Below are positions 25,747-36,528 of a stretch of 63,629 nucleotides of DNA, in pieces. A model generated the notes under the pieces. It saw only the letters and a list, made by a program, of their open reading frames with translations. It was not told the origin of the DNA and did not search any database. The DNA lies in IMG/VR virus record IMGVR_UViG_3300019781_000017, positions 1-63,629 of that record; one strand, given 5' to 3'. The stretch comes from a virus (taxonomy: Duplodnaviria > Caudoviricetes). Positions within the stretch are counted from its first letter, which is position 1, and each line of letters opens with the position of its first letter. A program made the position numbers and the translations under genes.

Positions 25747-27588
25747 ATGGCACTCGCCCCGGAGAAGCAGGATGCCAACCTCGTTGGCTTCTACAAGATC
25801 AGGGAAGCAACGCTCGGTCAGGTGCCCGCTACGGGCGCATGGCAGACGCGCGAACCAAACTCGTTCGACGACCTCGGTGCAGAATATACCAAGGTCGCTC
25901 GGAAGCCGTTCAGCCCCTCGCGCCAGCGCAAGAAGGGTTCGACGACCGACATGGACGCCGATGGCGGCTATAACGAGGATCTGACGCAGCACAACATGCA
26001 GGGCGAGCTGGAGGAATTCTTCTTCGCCAACATGCGCAAGACCGGGGAGATCGTTTCGAAGGAAGCGTTCGCCAAGGTCTTCACCGTTGTCGCTGCTACC
26101 GACATCGCCACCGTCGCTGGTGGGCACGGATTGACGAACGGCGATGGTCCGTTCCAGGTCACTGCCGCTACCACGATCCCCGCCGGTCTTACCGCCGCAA
26201 CGAACTACTGGGCGATCGTTCTGTCCCCCACGACGTTCAAGTTCGCAACGACCCGTGCGCTCGCTATCGCGGGAACCGCTGTGGACGTTACGGACACGGG
26301 CACGGGTGCGCTGACGATCACCAGCACTGCACAAGTGAGCACGACCGACGACAGCTTCACCGTTAACGCGGTGCCCAGCGGTCTGGTGGCAGGCTCGGTG
26401 TTGCTTGCCAAGGGCTATGGTGCGTCGGCGAACAACGGTCGCAAGACCGTTCTGTCCACCACCGCATCCAAGGTCGTTGTTAACGAGGACCTCGTCAACG
26501 AAGCGAACCCGCCGGTCGGTGCAACGCTGAAGGTTGTCGGGCACACCTTTGCAGCGGGCGACGTGGAACTGGTCGTGCAGGAAAGCGCACCGGGCGTCAT
26601 TTCCGGCTTCCAGCTGATTGCGACCGTGGGCAGCTTCCTTGCCTACGCACTGGTGCCGGGGTCCTGGCTGTTCATTGGCGGTGACGCGGTGGACTCGTTC
26701 TTCGAGGACGGGGACGACGCACGCCTGGGCGGTTACGCTCGCATCGCGGTGGACGGTGTGTCCGCGGATGGGAAGACGGTCACCTTCGACAAGTCGACGT
26801 TCGTTCCGGAAGACAACGATGGGACCGGCAAGTCCCTCGAGGTTTACTTCTCGGACGTCATCAAGAACGAAGACGACCCGGACCTGATCGTCCGGTTCAG
26901 CTCCGTGATGGAACGCACGCTGGGCAAGGATGCGGACGGAACGCAGTCCGAGTATCTGGTCGGTTCCGTTGCTTCCGAGCTGACCTGGAACAGCCCGCTG
27001 GCAAACCTCGTCAACATCGACATGGCTTACATCTGCCAGAAGACGGGTCTCCGCAAGGGGATCGACGGTCCGCTGGTGCGCCGTGCCGGCAACAGTGTGG
27101 TCAAAGCACTGGGCGAGGACGCGTTCAATACGTCGTCCAACGTCTATCGCCTCCGCATGGGGATGATCGACCCGACGACCATGAACCCGTCGCCGTTCTT
27201 CGCTCGGGTGACCGAGTGGACCGGAACCATCAATAACAACGTCACCAGCGCGAAGGCGCAGGGGGTGCTGGGCGGTTTCGATACCACGGTGGGCAACTTC
27301 GATGTCGACGCGGAAGTGACTGCCTACTTCTCCACTGTGGAGGTTATCCACGCGGTGAAGTGCAATTGGGACGTCACGTTCGACGCTATCTACGCCAAGC
27401 AGAACGCGGGGGTCTACATGGACATCCCGCTCATCTCGCTGGGCGGCGGTCGCTTGGACATCGAACAGGATGCGGCCATCATGGTTCCGCTCCAGGCTGC
27501 CGCTGCGGAATCCCCGTTCGGTCATACGGCGCTCATTGGCTGGTTCGATTACCTGCCGAACGCTGCGATGCCCGATCTGGATTGCTAA
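25747..27588 (+). CDS. major tail (tube) protein with inserted beta domains
   Basis: SRQRKKG..TD.DA.GG motif; followed by terminator and chaperone. Confidence 0.8.
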   Translation: MALAPEKQDANLVGFYKIREATLGQVPATGAWQTREPNSFDDLGAEYTKVARKPFSPSRQRKKGSTTDMDADGGYNEDLTQHNMQGELEEFFFANMRKTGEIVSKEAFAKVFTVVAATDIATVAGGHGLTNGDGPFQVTAATTIPAGLTAATNYWAIVLSPTTFKFATTRALAIAGTAVDVTDTGTGALTITSTAQVSTTDDSFTVNAVPSGLVAGSVLLAKGYGASANNGRKTVLSTTASKVVVNEDLVNEANPPVGATLKVVGHTFAAGDVELVVQESAPGVISGFQLIATVGSFLAYALVPGSWLFIGGDAVDSFFEDGDDARLGGYARIAVDGVSADGKTVTFDKSTFVPEDNDGTGKSLEVYFSDVIKNEDDPDLIVRFSSVMERTLGKDADGTQSEYLVGSVASELTWNSPLANLVNIDMAYICQKTGLRKGIDGPLVRRAGNSVVKALGEDAFNTSSNVYRLRMGMIDPTTMNPSPFFARVTEWTGTINNNVTSAKAQGVLGGFDTTVGNFDVDAEVTAYFSTVEVIHAVKCNWDVTFDAIYAKQNAGVYMDIPLISLGGGRLDIEQDAAIMVPLQAAAAESPFGHTALIGWFDYLPNAAMPDLDC

Positions 27589-27612
27589 GCCCCGCCAACG
27601 GTGCTAGGGTCG

Positions 27613-27646
27613 GGGGCGGGGGTTCAATCGGACTCCCGCCCCTTTT
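27613..27646 (+). terminator. rho-independent terminator
   Basis: ggggcggg...cccgcccc-tttt. Confidence 0.75.
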
Positions 27647-27663
27647 CGTAAGAGGAAGATAAC

Positions 27664-28107
27664 ATGAGCCTTCGTAAGACGTTCAAGACCGACCGCAATG
27701 CCGAAATCGACGGTGTTGAGATCGAAGTGGGCATCAATGACCACAACCAGAAGCCGATCACCATCCGCATCGCGCGCATGAGCTCCTCGAACAAGCGTTA
27801 CACGAAGGAACTCAACCGCGTCACGAAGCCTCACCAGTCGGCTATCCAGAACGACGCGATGGACAACGATCTGGCGCGCAAGATGCTCCAGGAAGTGTTC
27901 GCTGACACCATCCTGCTCGGCTGGGGCAACCTGCCCAAGTCGGAGCTGACTGGCAACGAAGCGGACACCGACGAGCTCGAGTTCACCCGCGACAACGTGC
28001 TGGCGCTCTTCAAGGAGCTGCCGGATATGTATGACGACTGGGAAGCGCGCGCCAACAAGGCGGCCGCGTTCCGTGAGAAGGAGAAAGAGGTCGCTGCAAA
28101 AAACTGA
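27664..28107 (+). CDS. tail assembly chaperone (gpG-like)
   Basis: between tube and tape measure genes; ends in slippery A AAA AAC. Confidence 0.8.
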   Translation: MSLRKTFKTDRNAEIDGVEIEVGINDHNQKPITIRIARMSSSNKRYTKELNRVTKPHQSAIQNDAMDNDLARKMLQEVFADTILLGWGNLPKSELTGNEADTDELEFTRDNVLALFKELPDMYDDWEARANKAAAFREKEKEVAAKN

Positions 28108-28478
28108 CAGCCGTTCTGATCTACCAGCACGAGTTTCCTCCCGATGTCGAACGAAAGTTTCGGGAGGAATCTCGGCGGTTCAAGGAGCCGCTACCAGACC
28201 GCATCAAGAACAAACCGGACCTGTTCTTTGGGCTCGCACTGTTCTATAACGCCTGGTATGATCTAGATTCGGAACGGGACCGGCCCAAGCGCATCACGCG
28301 GGGCATGTGTTTCTCCTACGCGGTCGACTACGACTTCGATGAGGAGCAGTCAGAGGACCTCTGGTATCACATCTCCCGGATGGATATCGAGTTCCTTGAG
28401 TGGTGGAAGAAGAAGCAACCTAAGCCCCGAGCACCGAAAGGCACAAAGCGTGGCGCGAGATCTGAGGGACCTAGCTAA
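28098..28478 (+). CDS. -1 frameshift extension of the tail chaperone (gpGT-like), not in ORF track
   Basis: AAAAAAC at 28098-28104; -1 frame is open to TAA at 28478 (KLTAVLIYQHE...AWYDLDSER...). Confidence 0.75.
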   Translation, partial: KKLTAVLIYQHEFPPDVERKFREESRRFKEPLPDRIKNKPDLFFGLALFYNAWYDLDSERDRPKRITRGMCFSYAVDYDFDEEQSEDLWYHISRMDIEFLEWWKKKQPKPRAPKGTKRGARSEGPS

Positions 28479-28890
28479 ATCAATGCGCGCACGCGCAGAG
28501 GGTCTTGACGAACTCGCTTCAAACATCGCTAAGGCTGGGGCTGAAGCTATGTTGGAAGAGATGGTGGACGTCACTCCTGTTGACGAGTCCACCGCTCTTT
28601 CCAACTGGCAAATCAACCTTGGAAACAAGGCTGCCGATGAGCTGCCCGCCTACACCCTTGGGAGCAAGGGCAGCACGCGCGGAGCGAGCGCTAATCAAGC
28701 CCTTGCGGAAGGGCGAGCAGAGCTGCAATACAAAAAGCCGGGGCAGCCCATCTTCCTATCAAACCTCGTAGGTTACATCGGGGACCTGGATGATGGGACG
28801 AGCCGACAGTTCCCGGGCGGATTCGTTCCTCGTGCGCTGATTGTCTTTCGCCTCGCGGTGCAGGACGCCAAGAAACGCTTGCTAAGGTAA
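28450..28890 (+). CDS. HK97 gp10-like tail completion protein
   Basis: TPVD.....SNW...IFLSNLVGYI.DL. Confidence 0.75.
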   Translation: MARDLRDLAKSMRARAEGLDELASNIAKAGAEAMLEEMVDVTPVDESTALSNWQINLGNKAADELPAYTLGSKGSTRGASANQALAEGRAELQYKKPGQPIFLSNLVGYIGDLDDGTSRQFPGGFVPRALIVFRLAVQDAKKRLLR

Positions 28891-28896
28891 GATTGG

Positions 28897-31800
28897 ATGG
28901 CAGAAGAACGGATTGACATTGAAGTCACCGACAAGGTTGACGCCAATGCTGCCAAGAAGATTAACCAGATTGCAGACGCTGCGGAACGCGGTGCCAACTA
29001 CGTTGACAAGCTGAAGGCGGCGCTTGCTAACGTCAACACGAGCGGCACCGACCGCCTTGTATCCGCAATGGCGCGCGCCGACAGCGCTGCCGCACGTCTC
29101 CTGAACGCGCAAGTGCGCTTGACGATGTCGCAGGACCAAGGCGCCCTGGCGGCTGCGAAGCTCGCGACCCAAGAGCAGCGCCTGGCGACGGAGACGGCCC
29201 GCACAACGGCGGCACAGCAGCGAGCCGCCGCAGCTACCGCACAGGCGGAGGCAGCGACGCAACGCCTTGCAGCGGCCCAGCAGCGCACCACACAGGCGAC
29301 CGCTGCCGCTGGCACGGGGTTTGCTGCACTGGACCGCTACGTTCAGCAAACAGGGGGCAGCGCTGCTCGGACCCGCGCCAACATGGCGAACCTCGGAGCA
29401 CAGATTTCCGACATCGGGGTCTCGCTCGCGGGCGGGCAGAACCCCTTCCTTGTCTTTATTCAGCAGGGGTCGCAGATCCAATACATCGCCAGCCAGATGG
29501 AAGGCGGGTTCCGCGGACTGCTGGCAGCGGCGAGCGGATGGATTGTGGTCAGCAAGGTTGTCGCCACCACTGCGACGGAGACCGCTGCCGCGAACCTCGC
29601 TCAAGCAACCGCTGCGGAAGTCGCTGCGGCAGCCGAAGCTCAGAAGGCTGCAATCCTGGCGGCCGTTGTTATCGCACAGCAGGCGCTGACCGTTGCAACC
29701 GCCGAGGTGGCCGCTGCTGAATTGCTTCAGGCTACTGCGGCAGCGGAACTCAACCTTGCGACCATCGGTTTGTCGGTCAACCAGACGCTGGCGGCTGCCG
29801 CTGCGCAAGGTGACACCGCTGCACAGAATGCGCTCACCGCTGCGATGGCGCGTCTGAGTGCTGCGCAGGGTCAGGCTACCCTTGCGACCGCGAACGTCGC
29901 AGCCGCTCAGCTTGGACAAGCTCAGGCAGCTACGGCGCTGGCAAGCGCACAGAGCGCGGTCGCGACGTCCACCGCTGCCACAACCCGTGCGCTGTCCCCG
30001 CTGTTCGTCGGCGTTGCATCGCTGGTCGCAATCCTTGGCGGTCTGTATCTTGGGTTCCGCAGCTTCAGCGATGAGATTGCAACGAACTCGAAGCCCAAGC
30101 TGGAAGCGTTTGCGCAGACCCTCGGTCTTACCGATAAGGAGATGCGCAAGCTGGACGGTTCGACCGTGTCCGCCAACGGGAAGCTCAAGGAGCACGATGT
30201 CCTTGTCGTTACGGCTGGGGATAGCTGGATCGGCTTCAAGAACACCGTTGCTGAGGGTATGGCAGGCCTGGTCGAGGGCTGGGGACCGCTTAACGATTAC
30301 TTCAGTGCAGCCTGGAAGGCGACCACGGAATTCCTCTACATGGCGTTCCTCGGCTTCTATGCGGCGGTGCATACGCTTATCGAGCTCATCTACAAGACGG
30401 CGGTCAACGTCTTCAAGCTGCTGGCGAACGCGGTGATGGGCATCGCGAACAGTGTGGTCATGGTGATCCAGGATGTCGTCAACGCGGCAATCGGAGGCAT
30501 CAACCTGCTCGGTGACGGCGCCAACTACGTCCTGGAGAACCTTGGGTTCGACCGCCTTGTGCCCACGCTCGATAGGGTTGCGCTTGGCGTCGACAGCATC
30601 ACGCAGAATATGTTCGAGCTTGAGAGCATGGACATCGGTGAGACCTTCCGTGGGCGGGTGCAGGAAGCGAACAACACAATCCAGGGCTTCGCACAGGCTT
30701 GGGAGGATGCAGCGAACGCGGCTGCCCGTGCGCGCATTGCAGCGCTGGCAGCGTCCATTATTGAGAACCGTAGCCCGGCAGCACAGCGCGCGGGTCGCGT
30801 CGACCGCACGGCGGAGAACCGTGCGCTTGCAATTGGTATCGTCAACCTGAAGCTGGACGATGAACTGGCTCGGATGCGGATGCTCAAGGACGAGCGCGCT
30901 ATCCAGCAGCGCATGGACACCATCGAGCAGGAACTGGCTCGCAAGAAGATCACTCTCAATGACCAGGAGCGCGCAAGCATCCTTGCCAAGGTCACTGCGA
31001 TTGAAGAATACAAGTATGTCCAGCAGGAGATGGACCGCATCCACGAGGAAGCGGTTGGCCCCATGCGGACCTATAACGCATCGATTGCCGCTGCAACACA
31101 ACTCTTGGCTGACCACAACATCACGCAGGAGCAGTTCAGCCAGGAGCAGGTGCGCGCGAACCGTGCGCTTGCGGAAGCCCAGGATCCTTTGTTCCAGATG
31201 AAGGAAGCTCTGGACGCTGCGGCAGCAACGACGAACAAGTATGGCGTCGAGCTGGAGCGTGCGAACTATTACGAATCGATCCGCCAAGCGTTCCTCGCCA
31301 AGAACATTATCTTGTCGCAGCAGTATGTCGCGGGCACGAACGCGGAGGTCGACGCGCTTATGCGCAAGAACGACCAGCTCCGCCAGCAGCAGTTTATCCA
31401 ATCGCAGCTTGGCGCAGTGCTCAACCCCATGCTCGAGCAGCAGATGCAGATCGATGCGCAGGCGTCAGTCTATGCTGAGCTGGAGCGCTTGCGTGCGGAA
31501 GACCTCATCAAGGAGGACACCTATCAGCAAGCTAAGGCTGCACTGTGGGTCAAGTATAACGAGCAGAAGCTGAACGCTAGCGCGGACTTCTTCGGTGCGC
31601 TGGCAAGCGTCACCAAGAAGGGCACGGGGGTCGTTGGCGCTATCAGCAAGGCGGCAGCGGTCGCTGAAGCAACGATCCAGGGCTACCTCGCGGTCCAGAA
31701 GGCGCTTGCGTCAATGCCCCCGCCCTTCAACATGGTGGCAGCGGCAGCGGTTGCTATCAAGACGGGTGCGAACGTGGCAGGCATCCTGTCCACGAACGCG

Positions 31801-32097
31801 GGGTCGTTTGCAACCGGCGGTCAGTTCATGGTCGAGGGTAAGAGCGGGGTCGACGCCAACAACATCAACATGAATGTCACCCGTGGCGAGCGGGTCACCG
31901 TTGAGACCCCTGCCCAGCAGCGCGCCAATGATGCAACTGGTGGCGGGACCGAAGTGTCCGTCCCCGTCAAGATCATTAACAACATCGACCCGCGGATGGC
32001 GCTAGACGCTATTGACACCTCCGAGGGTGAACAGGTAATTATGAACGTGATCAGTCGCAACGCGCCGGCTGTCCAACGCTTGCTAGGATCCAGCTAA
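28897..32097 (+). CDS. tail tape measure protein
   Basis: 1066 aa; Ala-rich helical; AQISDIGVSLAGGQNPFLVFIQQGSQI motif. Confidence 0.9.
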   Translation: MAEERIDIEVTDKVDANAAKKINQIADAAERGANYVDKLKAALANVNTSGTDRLVSAMARADSAAARLLNAQVRLTMSQDQGALAAAKLATQEQRLATETARTTAAQQRAAAATAQAEAATQRLAAAQQRTTQATAAAGTGFAALDRYVQQTGGSAARTRANMANLGAQISDIGVSLAGGQNPFLVFIQQGSQIQYIASQMEGGFRGLLAAASGWIVVSKVVATTATETAAANLAQATAAEVAAAAEAQKAAILAAVVIAQQALTVATAEVAAAELLQATAAAELNLATIGLSVNQTLAAAAAQGDTAAQNALTAAMARLSAAQGQATLATANVAAAQLGQAQAATALASAQSAVATSTAATTRALSPLFVGVASLVAILGGLYLGFRSFSDEIATNSKPKLEAFAQTLGLTDKEMRKLDGSTVSANGKLKEHDVLVVTAGDSWIGFKNTVAEGMAGLVEGWGPLNDYFSAAWKATTEFLYMAFLGFYAAVHTLIELIYKTAVNVFKLLANAVMGIANSVVMVIQDVVNAAIGGINLLGDGANYVLENLGFDRLVPTLDRVALGVDSITQNMFELESMDIGETFRGRVQEANNTIQGFAQAWEDAANAAARARIAALAASIIENRSPAAQRAGRVDRTAENRALAIGIVNLKLDDELARMRMLKDERAIQQRMDTIEQELARKKITLNDQERASILAKVTAIEEYKYVQQEMDRIHEEAVGPMRTYNASIAAATQLLADHNITQEQFSQEQVRANRALAEAQDPLFQMKEALDAAAATTNKYGVELERANYYESIRQAFLAKNIILSQQYVAGTNAEVDALMRKNDQLRQQQFIQSQLGAVLNPMLEQQMQIDAQASVYAELERLRAEDLIKEDTYQQAKAALWVKYNEQKLNASADFFGALASVTKKGTGVVGAISKAAAVAEATIQGYLAVQKALASMPPPFNMVAAAAVAIKTGANVAGILSTNAGSFATGGQFMVEGKSGVDANNINMNVTRGERVTVETPAQQRANDATGGGTEVSVPVKIINNIDPRMALDAIDTSEGEQVIMNVISRNAPAVQRLLGSS

Positions 32098-33035
32098 TGC
32101 CATTCACGACGGGAACCGCTACCGACCACCACGACCTCCTGGACAAGCTCCAGATCTACTTGGACGCACAAGGTTGGACCATTGACCAGTTCAGCCTGGG
32201 CGCAACCCTGACGGATCCGTCGACGCTGATCGTTACCGGCCCCGGTCCTGTTGGCGGTCAGCCCGTGCATATCTCAATGCAGACAGAAGCCGATTCGGGT
32301 CTGAACGCATACGCTTGGAAGTTTGGCGCCCACCCTGACTACGATCCCGGCCTGCCGTTCGGTGCGCAGTTGAACAACTCAACGATCCATTACTTCCTTC
32401 TCTGGCCAAACGAGATGGATTATTGGTTCTACGTCAACGACCGGCGCTTCATTGTGGTCGCCAAGATCGGTGTCTACTATATGTCGATGTATGCGGGGTT
32501 CTTCCTGCCGTATGCGCTGCCCGACGAGTATCCCTTTCCATACTATCTCGGAGCGACTTTCAACAGCCTCCAAGTCTACAACCTTGCCAACGCTGGGATG
32601 CGCTCGTTCGCTGACCCCGGCACCGCTGCGGCCACCTATCTGAGCCGCGAGGATATGACGTGGCAGGACATTAAGACCTCGAACCAAAGCGCGAACACTG
32701 TGGACAGCTACAGCGGGCTCGGAACTCAGGGTGCGTTCATCTGGCCGTATCGTGGTCCAATGGCTGAAGGCACGGTCAACACTGGCACCGAGATTGCTTG
32801 GTCGTTCTTCCGCAATATGCGCCCACTGGCTAACGGTAAGATGCCCATGTGGCAGGCCACCATTGTTGATATCGCTAGCAGAACGATGGCAGGTGTGCTA
32901 GACGACGTGTTCGTTACGGGTGGATTCAATCGCGTCCCGGAACAGGTTGTCGATGTTGGGGGCGAAGACTATCGGTTGTTCATTACGATCAACCGGAACA
33001 CCCCGAAGCACTATTTCGCCATTCGGGAGGCTTGA
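32097..33035 (+). CDS. virion structural protein (tail)
   Basis: MPFTTGTA..H.DLLDKL...GW; follows tape measure. Confidence 0.7.
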   Translation: MPFTTGTATDHHDLLDKLQIYLDAQGWTIDQFSLGATLTDPSTLIVTGPGPVGGQPVHISMQTEADSGLNAYAWKFGAHPDYDPGLPFGAQLNNSTIHYFLLWPNEMDYWFYVNDRRFIVVAKIGVYYMSMYAGFFLPYALPDEYPFPYYLGATFNSLQVYNLANAGMRSFADPGTAAATYLSREDMTWQDIKTSNQSANTVDSYSGLGTQGAFIWPYRGPMAEGTVNTGTEIAWSFFRNMRPLANGKMPMWQATIVDIASRTMAGVLDDVFVTGGFNRVPEQVVDVGGEDYRLFITINRNTPKHYFAIREA

Positions 33036-33038
33036 TCC

Positions 33039-34037
33039 ATGCAACTGCTGAACACATCCGCCACTGACTTCAACGACATGCTTGATGAGCTTTACACCTT
33101 CCTGACGGGGAACGGGTGGACGGGCTCGCACACCCCGGGCAGCGGAAGCGCGACGCTCATCAACAGCAACGGTCACACCTTTGCGCTGACCACAACGACA
33201 ACGGCGCGGACCGATGTGTTCACAGGGGCGTTCACGGACCAGTTCCTGCGCATCACCTATGACCGGACGATCGTTGGGGGTGCAGCGGGGCAGTCCGGGC
33301 AAGCTGCGGCAAACGATATGTTCGGACCGTTCCCGAACCTGTGGTTCGTCACTGACGATGCTGCAACCTACTGCCACGTCATTGCGCAGTGCTCCGCCGC
33401 TCGCTACGGTCACGCCTCGTTCGGGGACTTGGATAACAAAGGGATCCATTCCGAGAACCTGCCCTTCACCGCTGCGATGTATTGGCAGTTCTGGTGCAAT
33501 AGCACGAACTATAGCAACAGCAATGGCGACGGCAACCCGTTCAACTATCCGTCGTCCGGAACGCATCTGGTTCCTTACCTTGACTCTAGCTCGAACACAA
33601 AGATTGGCATCCCCGACGGGTTGCTCGACCCGACACTGTTCTTCACAGACGGTCCAATCATTGATACAGCGCTGCGAGGGCTGTGCGACCGCGAATACAC
33701 GATCACAACGAACAGCGACAACTCTGCACGCTTGCTGGATTACTTCTGCGTCGTGGAGAACAAGGCCTTCACGGGCGGTGTCGTGCTGTCACCCATTCCT
33801 GCAATGTCGGTTGCATCGACAAACGACGTGCAGGCTTACATTGGGGACTTCCCCGGTGTCGCGCTGGTCAACATGCAAGGTCTGTCACCGGGCCAGACGC
33901 TCACCTTCGGGGACGAGGAATGGCTCGTGTTCCCCTTCAAGCAATATGGCTTGCAAGAAGCTGCCAAGTTCGGAAACAACCCGTTGCCATTCCCGAACTC
34001 CTGGCGTTATGGGTTCGCGTATAAGGTCGTTGACTAA
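33039..34037 (+). CDS. virion structural protein (tail), likely paralog of the preceding gene
   Basis: similar N-terminus (SATDFNDMLDEL..FL..NGWT) and C-terminus (GDEEWLVF). Confidence 0.7.
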   Translation: MQLLNTSATDFNDMLDELYTFLTGNGWTGSHTPGSGSATLINSNGHTFALTTTTTARTDVFTGAFTDQFLRITYDRTIVGGAAGQSGQAAANDMFGPFPNLWFVTDDAATYCHVIAQCSAARYGHASFGDLDNKGIHSENLPFTAAMYWQFWCNSTNYSNSNGDGNPFNYPSSGTHLVPYLDSSSNTKIGIPDGLLDPTLFFTDGPIIDTALRGLCDREYTITTNSDNSARLLDYFCVVENKAFTGGVVLSPIPAMSVASTNDVQAYIGDFPGVALVNMQGLSPGQTLTFGDEEWLVFPFKQYGLQEAAKFGNNPLPFPNSWRYGFAYKVVD

Positions 34038-35719
34038 TGTCAATTGTTCTTGGGAACTTCCCCGGTGATAGGGGCCAGAGCGAGGCCCTACAGGCTGGCT
34101 GGAGCACGGGTGGCCCTATTGCCGTCCCAGCTACCTACCCCGGCTTAGGGGTGCGCTCCGGGGTGCTGGGGGCGTATGCGGTGCCCGTCGCTACCAGCTT
34201 GCCCGACGCTGCCTCAGGCACCCTGCTCCGGGGCTTCATGGATTGGTTCTACTTCCGCATTTGGGTGATCCCCAAGGTGTTGGACGCGCAGAACCCGCAA
34301 GTCGGAAGCCCGATCCCATTCCGCATCTGGAACTCGTTTCTCACGAGCAACGAACTGCAAGACCTTATCGAAACGAACGCCCTTGGGCTAACGCTGGACA
34401 TTGAGATCGGTGACGTGCTCGCGAAGCTGGAGCAGCGGACGATCACTGTGGTCATCGGGGAAGACGCTCCGTATCAGATCGACGCCAACTTCGAGTTCGA
34501 CTTCGAGCACGGCGGGTCGGCGTTGCGCTTCCTTGCGCAGCTGGCGGACATTCTGCCAGTCGAAGTGAATACGGGGATCGTTGAGGAGTTCGAGTGGCTC
34601 ACTGACATCCTGCCAAACTACGATGGGACCGAGCAGCGCATTGCACTGCGAGGGCGCCCCCGTCGGAACTTCTATGTGCAGCTTACCCTCGAGACAGAAG
34701 CTGACCGCAAGAAGCTCTATGACAAGCTCTATGAGACCATTGCGCAGTCGGTCATCGTTCCTGCCTACCAATACCAGTCGAAGCTGAAGGCCAATACGGT
34801 CATTTCGGATAACAAGATCTATTGCAACCCGCGCCGTGCGGACCTTCGGGTCGACGAAAGCGTCATCATTGTGGATCGGAATGGTTCGTTCTTCTATTAC
34901 AAGGTGCTCGGGGTGTTCGAGGACCATGTCACGATTACCACAGCCTTCGCGCAGGTCATCCAAGCGCGCGGTGCAAAGGTCGTTGGCGGGTTCACAGGTA
35001 GGCTTCCCGACAATAGCAACCTCCGGATGGACGCGAACGGGGGCAAGTCCGACCTCACCATCAAGATTATTGACAGCCGCGAGCAGGTGGCCTATCCTGA
35101 TTACACGGTCACGCTTCCGCTGATGTCTGACGTGCCCATGCTGTTGCGGCGCCCGCTGTCCGAAGGTGAAGCGGACGAGTCGTTCGGTGCGGGTCTTGAG
35201 GTCATTGACAACGCAACCGGCAAGCCCGCCCAGTTCACCGCATGGGACCAGCGATACATCACTGGAAGCCGGCGCTACCTGATCAACGGGTTGTTTGATA
35301 AGGACGAGCTCCAGTTCTGGCGCACCTTCCTTGACTACTGCCGAGGAAGGCAGCGCGCCTTCCTCACCCCGACGTGGCGAGCAGACCTTGTGCAAGCGCC
35401 GGGGACTGTTGCGCTCGTCAGCCAGCTCGAGGTTGTCGGTCCGGAGTATGCGAATCAATACTTCGCATCGCCAACTTACCGCCATCTGTATATCGAGACG
35501 AGTGTGGGCTCGTTCCCTGTTGTCGTGGTTGATGCTGAGAACAACGGAACCACTTCCACAATCTACTTCAACGCCCTTGGTGAGGTGGACTTGACGGGGG
35601 CTGAGATTGTGCGTATAAGCTACATGATGATGTGCAGGCTCGGATCCGACACCGTTAGGCTTACCCATCAGGACACCTTCTCGACTATCGACTTGACCCT
35701 GAGGACGATAAAAGAATGA
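34037..35719 (+). CDS. distal tail / baseplate-associated protein
   Basis: WLTDI....G.EQRIALRG.PRR; F....RGR..AF..PTW. Confidence 0.7.
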   Translation: MSIVLGNFPGDRGQSEALQAGWSTGGPIAVPATYPGLGVRSGVLGAYAVPVATSLPDAASGTLLRGFMDWFYFRIWVIPKVLDAQNPQVGSPIPFRIWNSFLTSNELQDLIETNALGLTLDIEIGDVLAKLEQRTITVVIGEDAPYQIDANFEFDFEHGGSALRFLAQLADILPVEVNTGIVEEFEWLTDILPNYDGTEQRIALRGRPRRNFYVQLTLETEADRKKLYDKLYETIAQSVIVPAYQYQSKLKANTVISDNKIYCNPRRADLRVDESVIIVDRNGSFFYYKVLGVFEDHVTITTAFAQVIQARGAKVVGGFTGRLPDNSNLRMDANGGKSDLTIKIIDSREQVAYPDYTVTLPLMSDVPMLLRRPLSEGEADESFGAGLEVIDNATGKPAQFTAWDQRYITGSRRYLINGLFDKDELQFWRTFLDYCRGRQRAFLTPTWRADLVQAPGTVALVSQLEVVGPEYANQYFASPTYRHLYIETSVGSFPVVVVDAENNGTTSTIYFNALGEVDLTGAEIVRISYMMMCRLGSDTVRLTHQDTFSTIDLTLRTIKE

Positions 35720-36528
35720 GCGACTTTGACAACCTTGAGAAGAGCAGGGCTTCTTCTGCGCCCGTCGAGGGATACAAGTTTGTCGGGTCGTTCAAGACTT
35801 ATCGTTACACCTCCGCGGATCGCTCGGTCCTCATTAACGGTGAGACATACCTGCCTATCGCGGTGACCCGTTCGCGGGTGAAGGCTGGGACACAGGAAGA
35901 CGACAACCTGTCACTCGACCTGGAGATCCCTTTCGACATCGACGTCATCCGGGACTACGCCTACGCGCAAACCCCTCCGAAGCTGACGTTGCAGGTGTTC
36001 CGCCAGCAGCAAGACGATCCCGAGTTGTCGTGGTCACTCTTCTGGACTGGTATTGTGCGCGGGTTCACCGTCAGCGGGCGCACTGCTAAGGTCCAAGTCC
36101 CGTCGGTGTTCAGCTTGGCATTGCAGGGGGAAGTTCCCAACGTCTATTATCAGACGCCCTGCAATCACGTGCTGTATGATTCCCGCTGCGCAGTGGACCG
36201 CGCTTCGCACCGCTTCGAGGGTGAGGTCAAGACGCTGGGCGACGGTGCTATCATTCTGCAGGCGGCGCCAACCACAACTGGCGTCCTGGCCGCAGGTGAG
36301 ATCGTTAACCTCCGCAACGGGGAGCGCAGGCTTATCCTGAACAACTCCGGTGCCACCATCACGATCGGTTATCCGTTTGTGGACCTAATCGTTGGGGACG
36401 AGGTTGAGCTGGTGAAGGGATGTGACCACAGCCTAGCGACCTGCAAGGCCAAGTTCGACAACGTGATTAACTTCGGCGGGTTCCCGTATATTCCGTCCGA
36501 CAACCCATTCGAAGGAACAATCGGCTAA
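35716..36528 (+). CDS. tail tip hub protein (DUF2163/BR0599 family)
   Basis: CNHVLYD.RC...GCDHSLATCKAKFDNVINFGGFPYIP. Confidence 0.85.
   Translation: MSDFDNLEKSRASSAPVEGYKFVGSFKTYRYTSADRSVLINGETYLPIAVTRSRVKAGTQEDDNLSLDLEIPFDIDVIRDYAYAQTPPKLTLQVFRQQQDDPELSWSLFWTGIVRGFTVSGRTAKVQVPSVFSLALQGEVPNVYYQTPCNHVLYDSRCAVDRASHRFEGEVKTLGDGAIILQAAPTTTGVLAAGEIVNLRNGERRLILNNSGATITIGYPFVDLIVGDEVELVKGCDHSLATCKAKFDNVINFGGFPYIPSDNPFEGTIG

Noticed and set aside
25720-31401. Long antisense ORFs (25720-27525, 28882-31401; likewise 13817-14959, 34388-35668, 51086-52987)
   Set aside because: Shadow frames of real genes in GC-rich DNA; no motifs or RBS.
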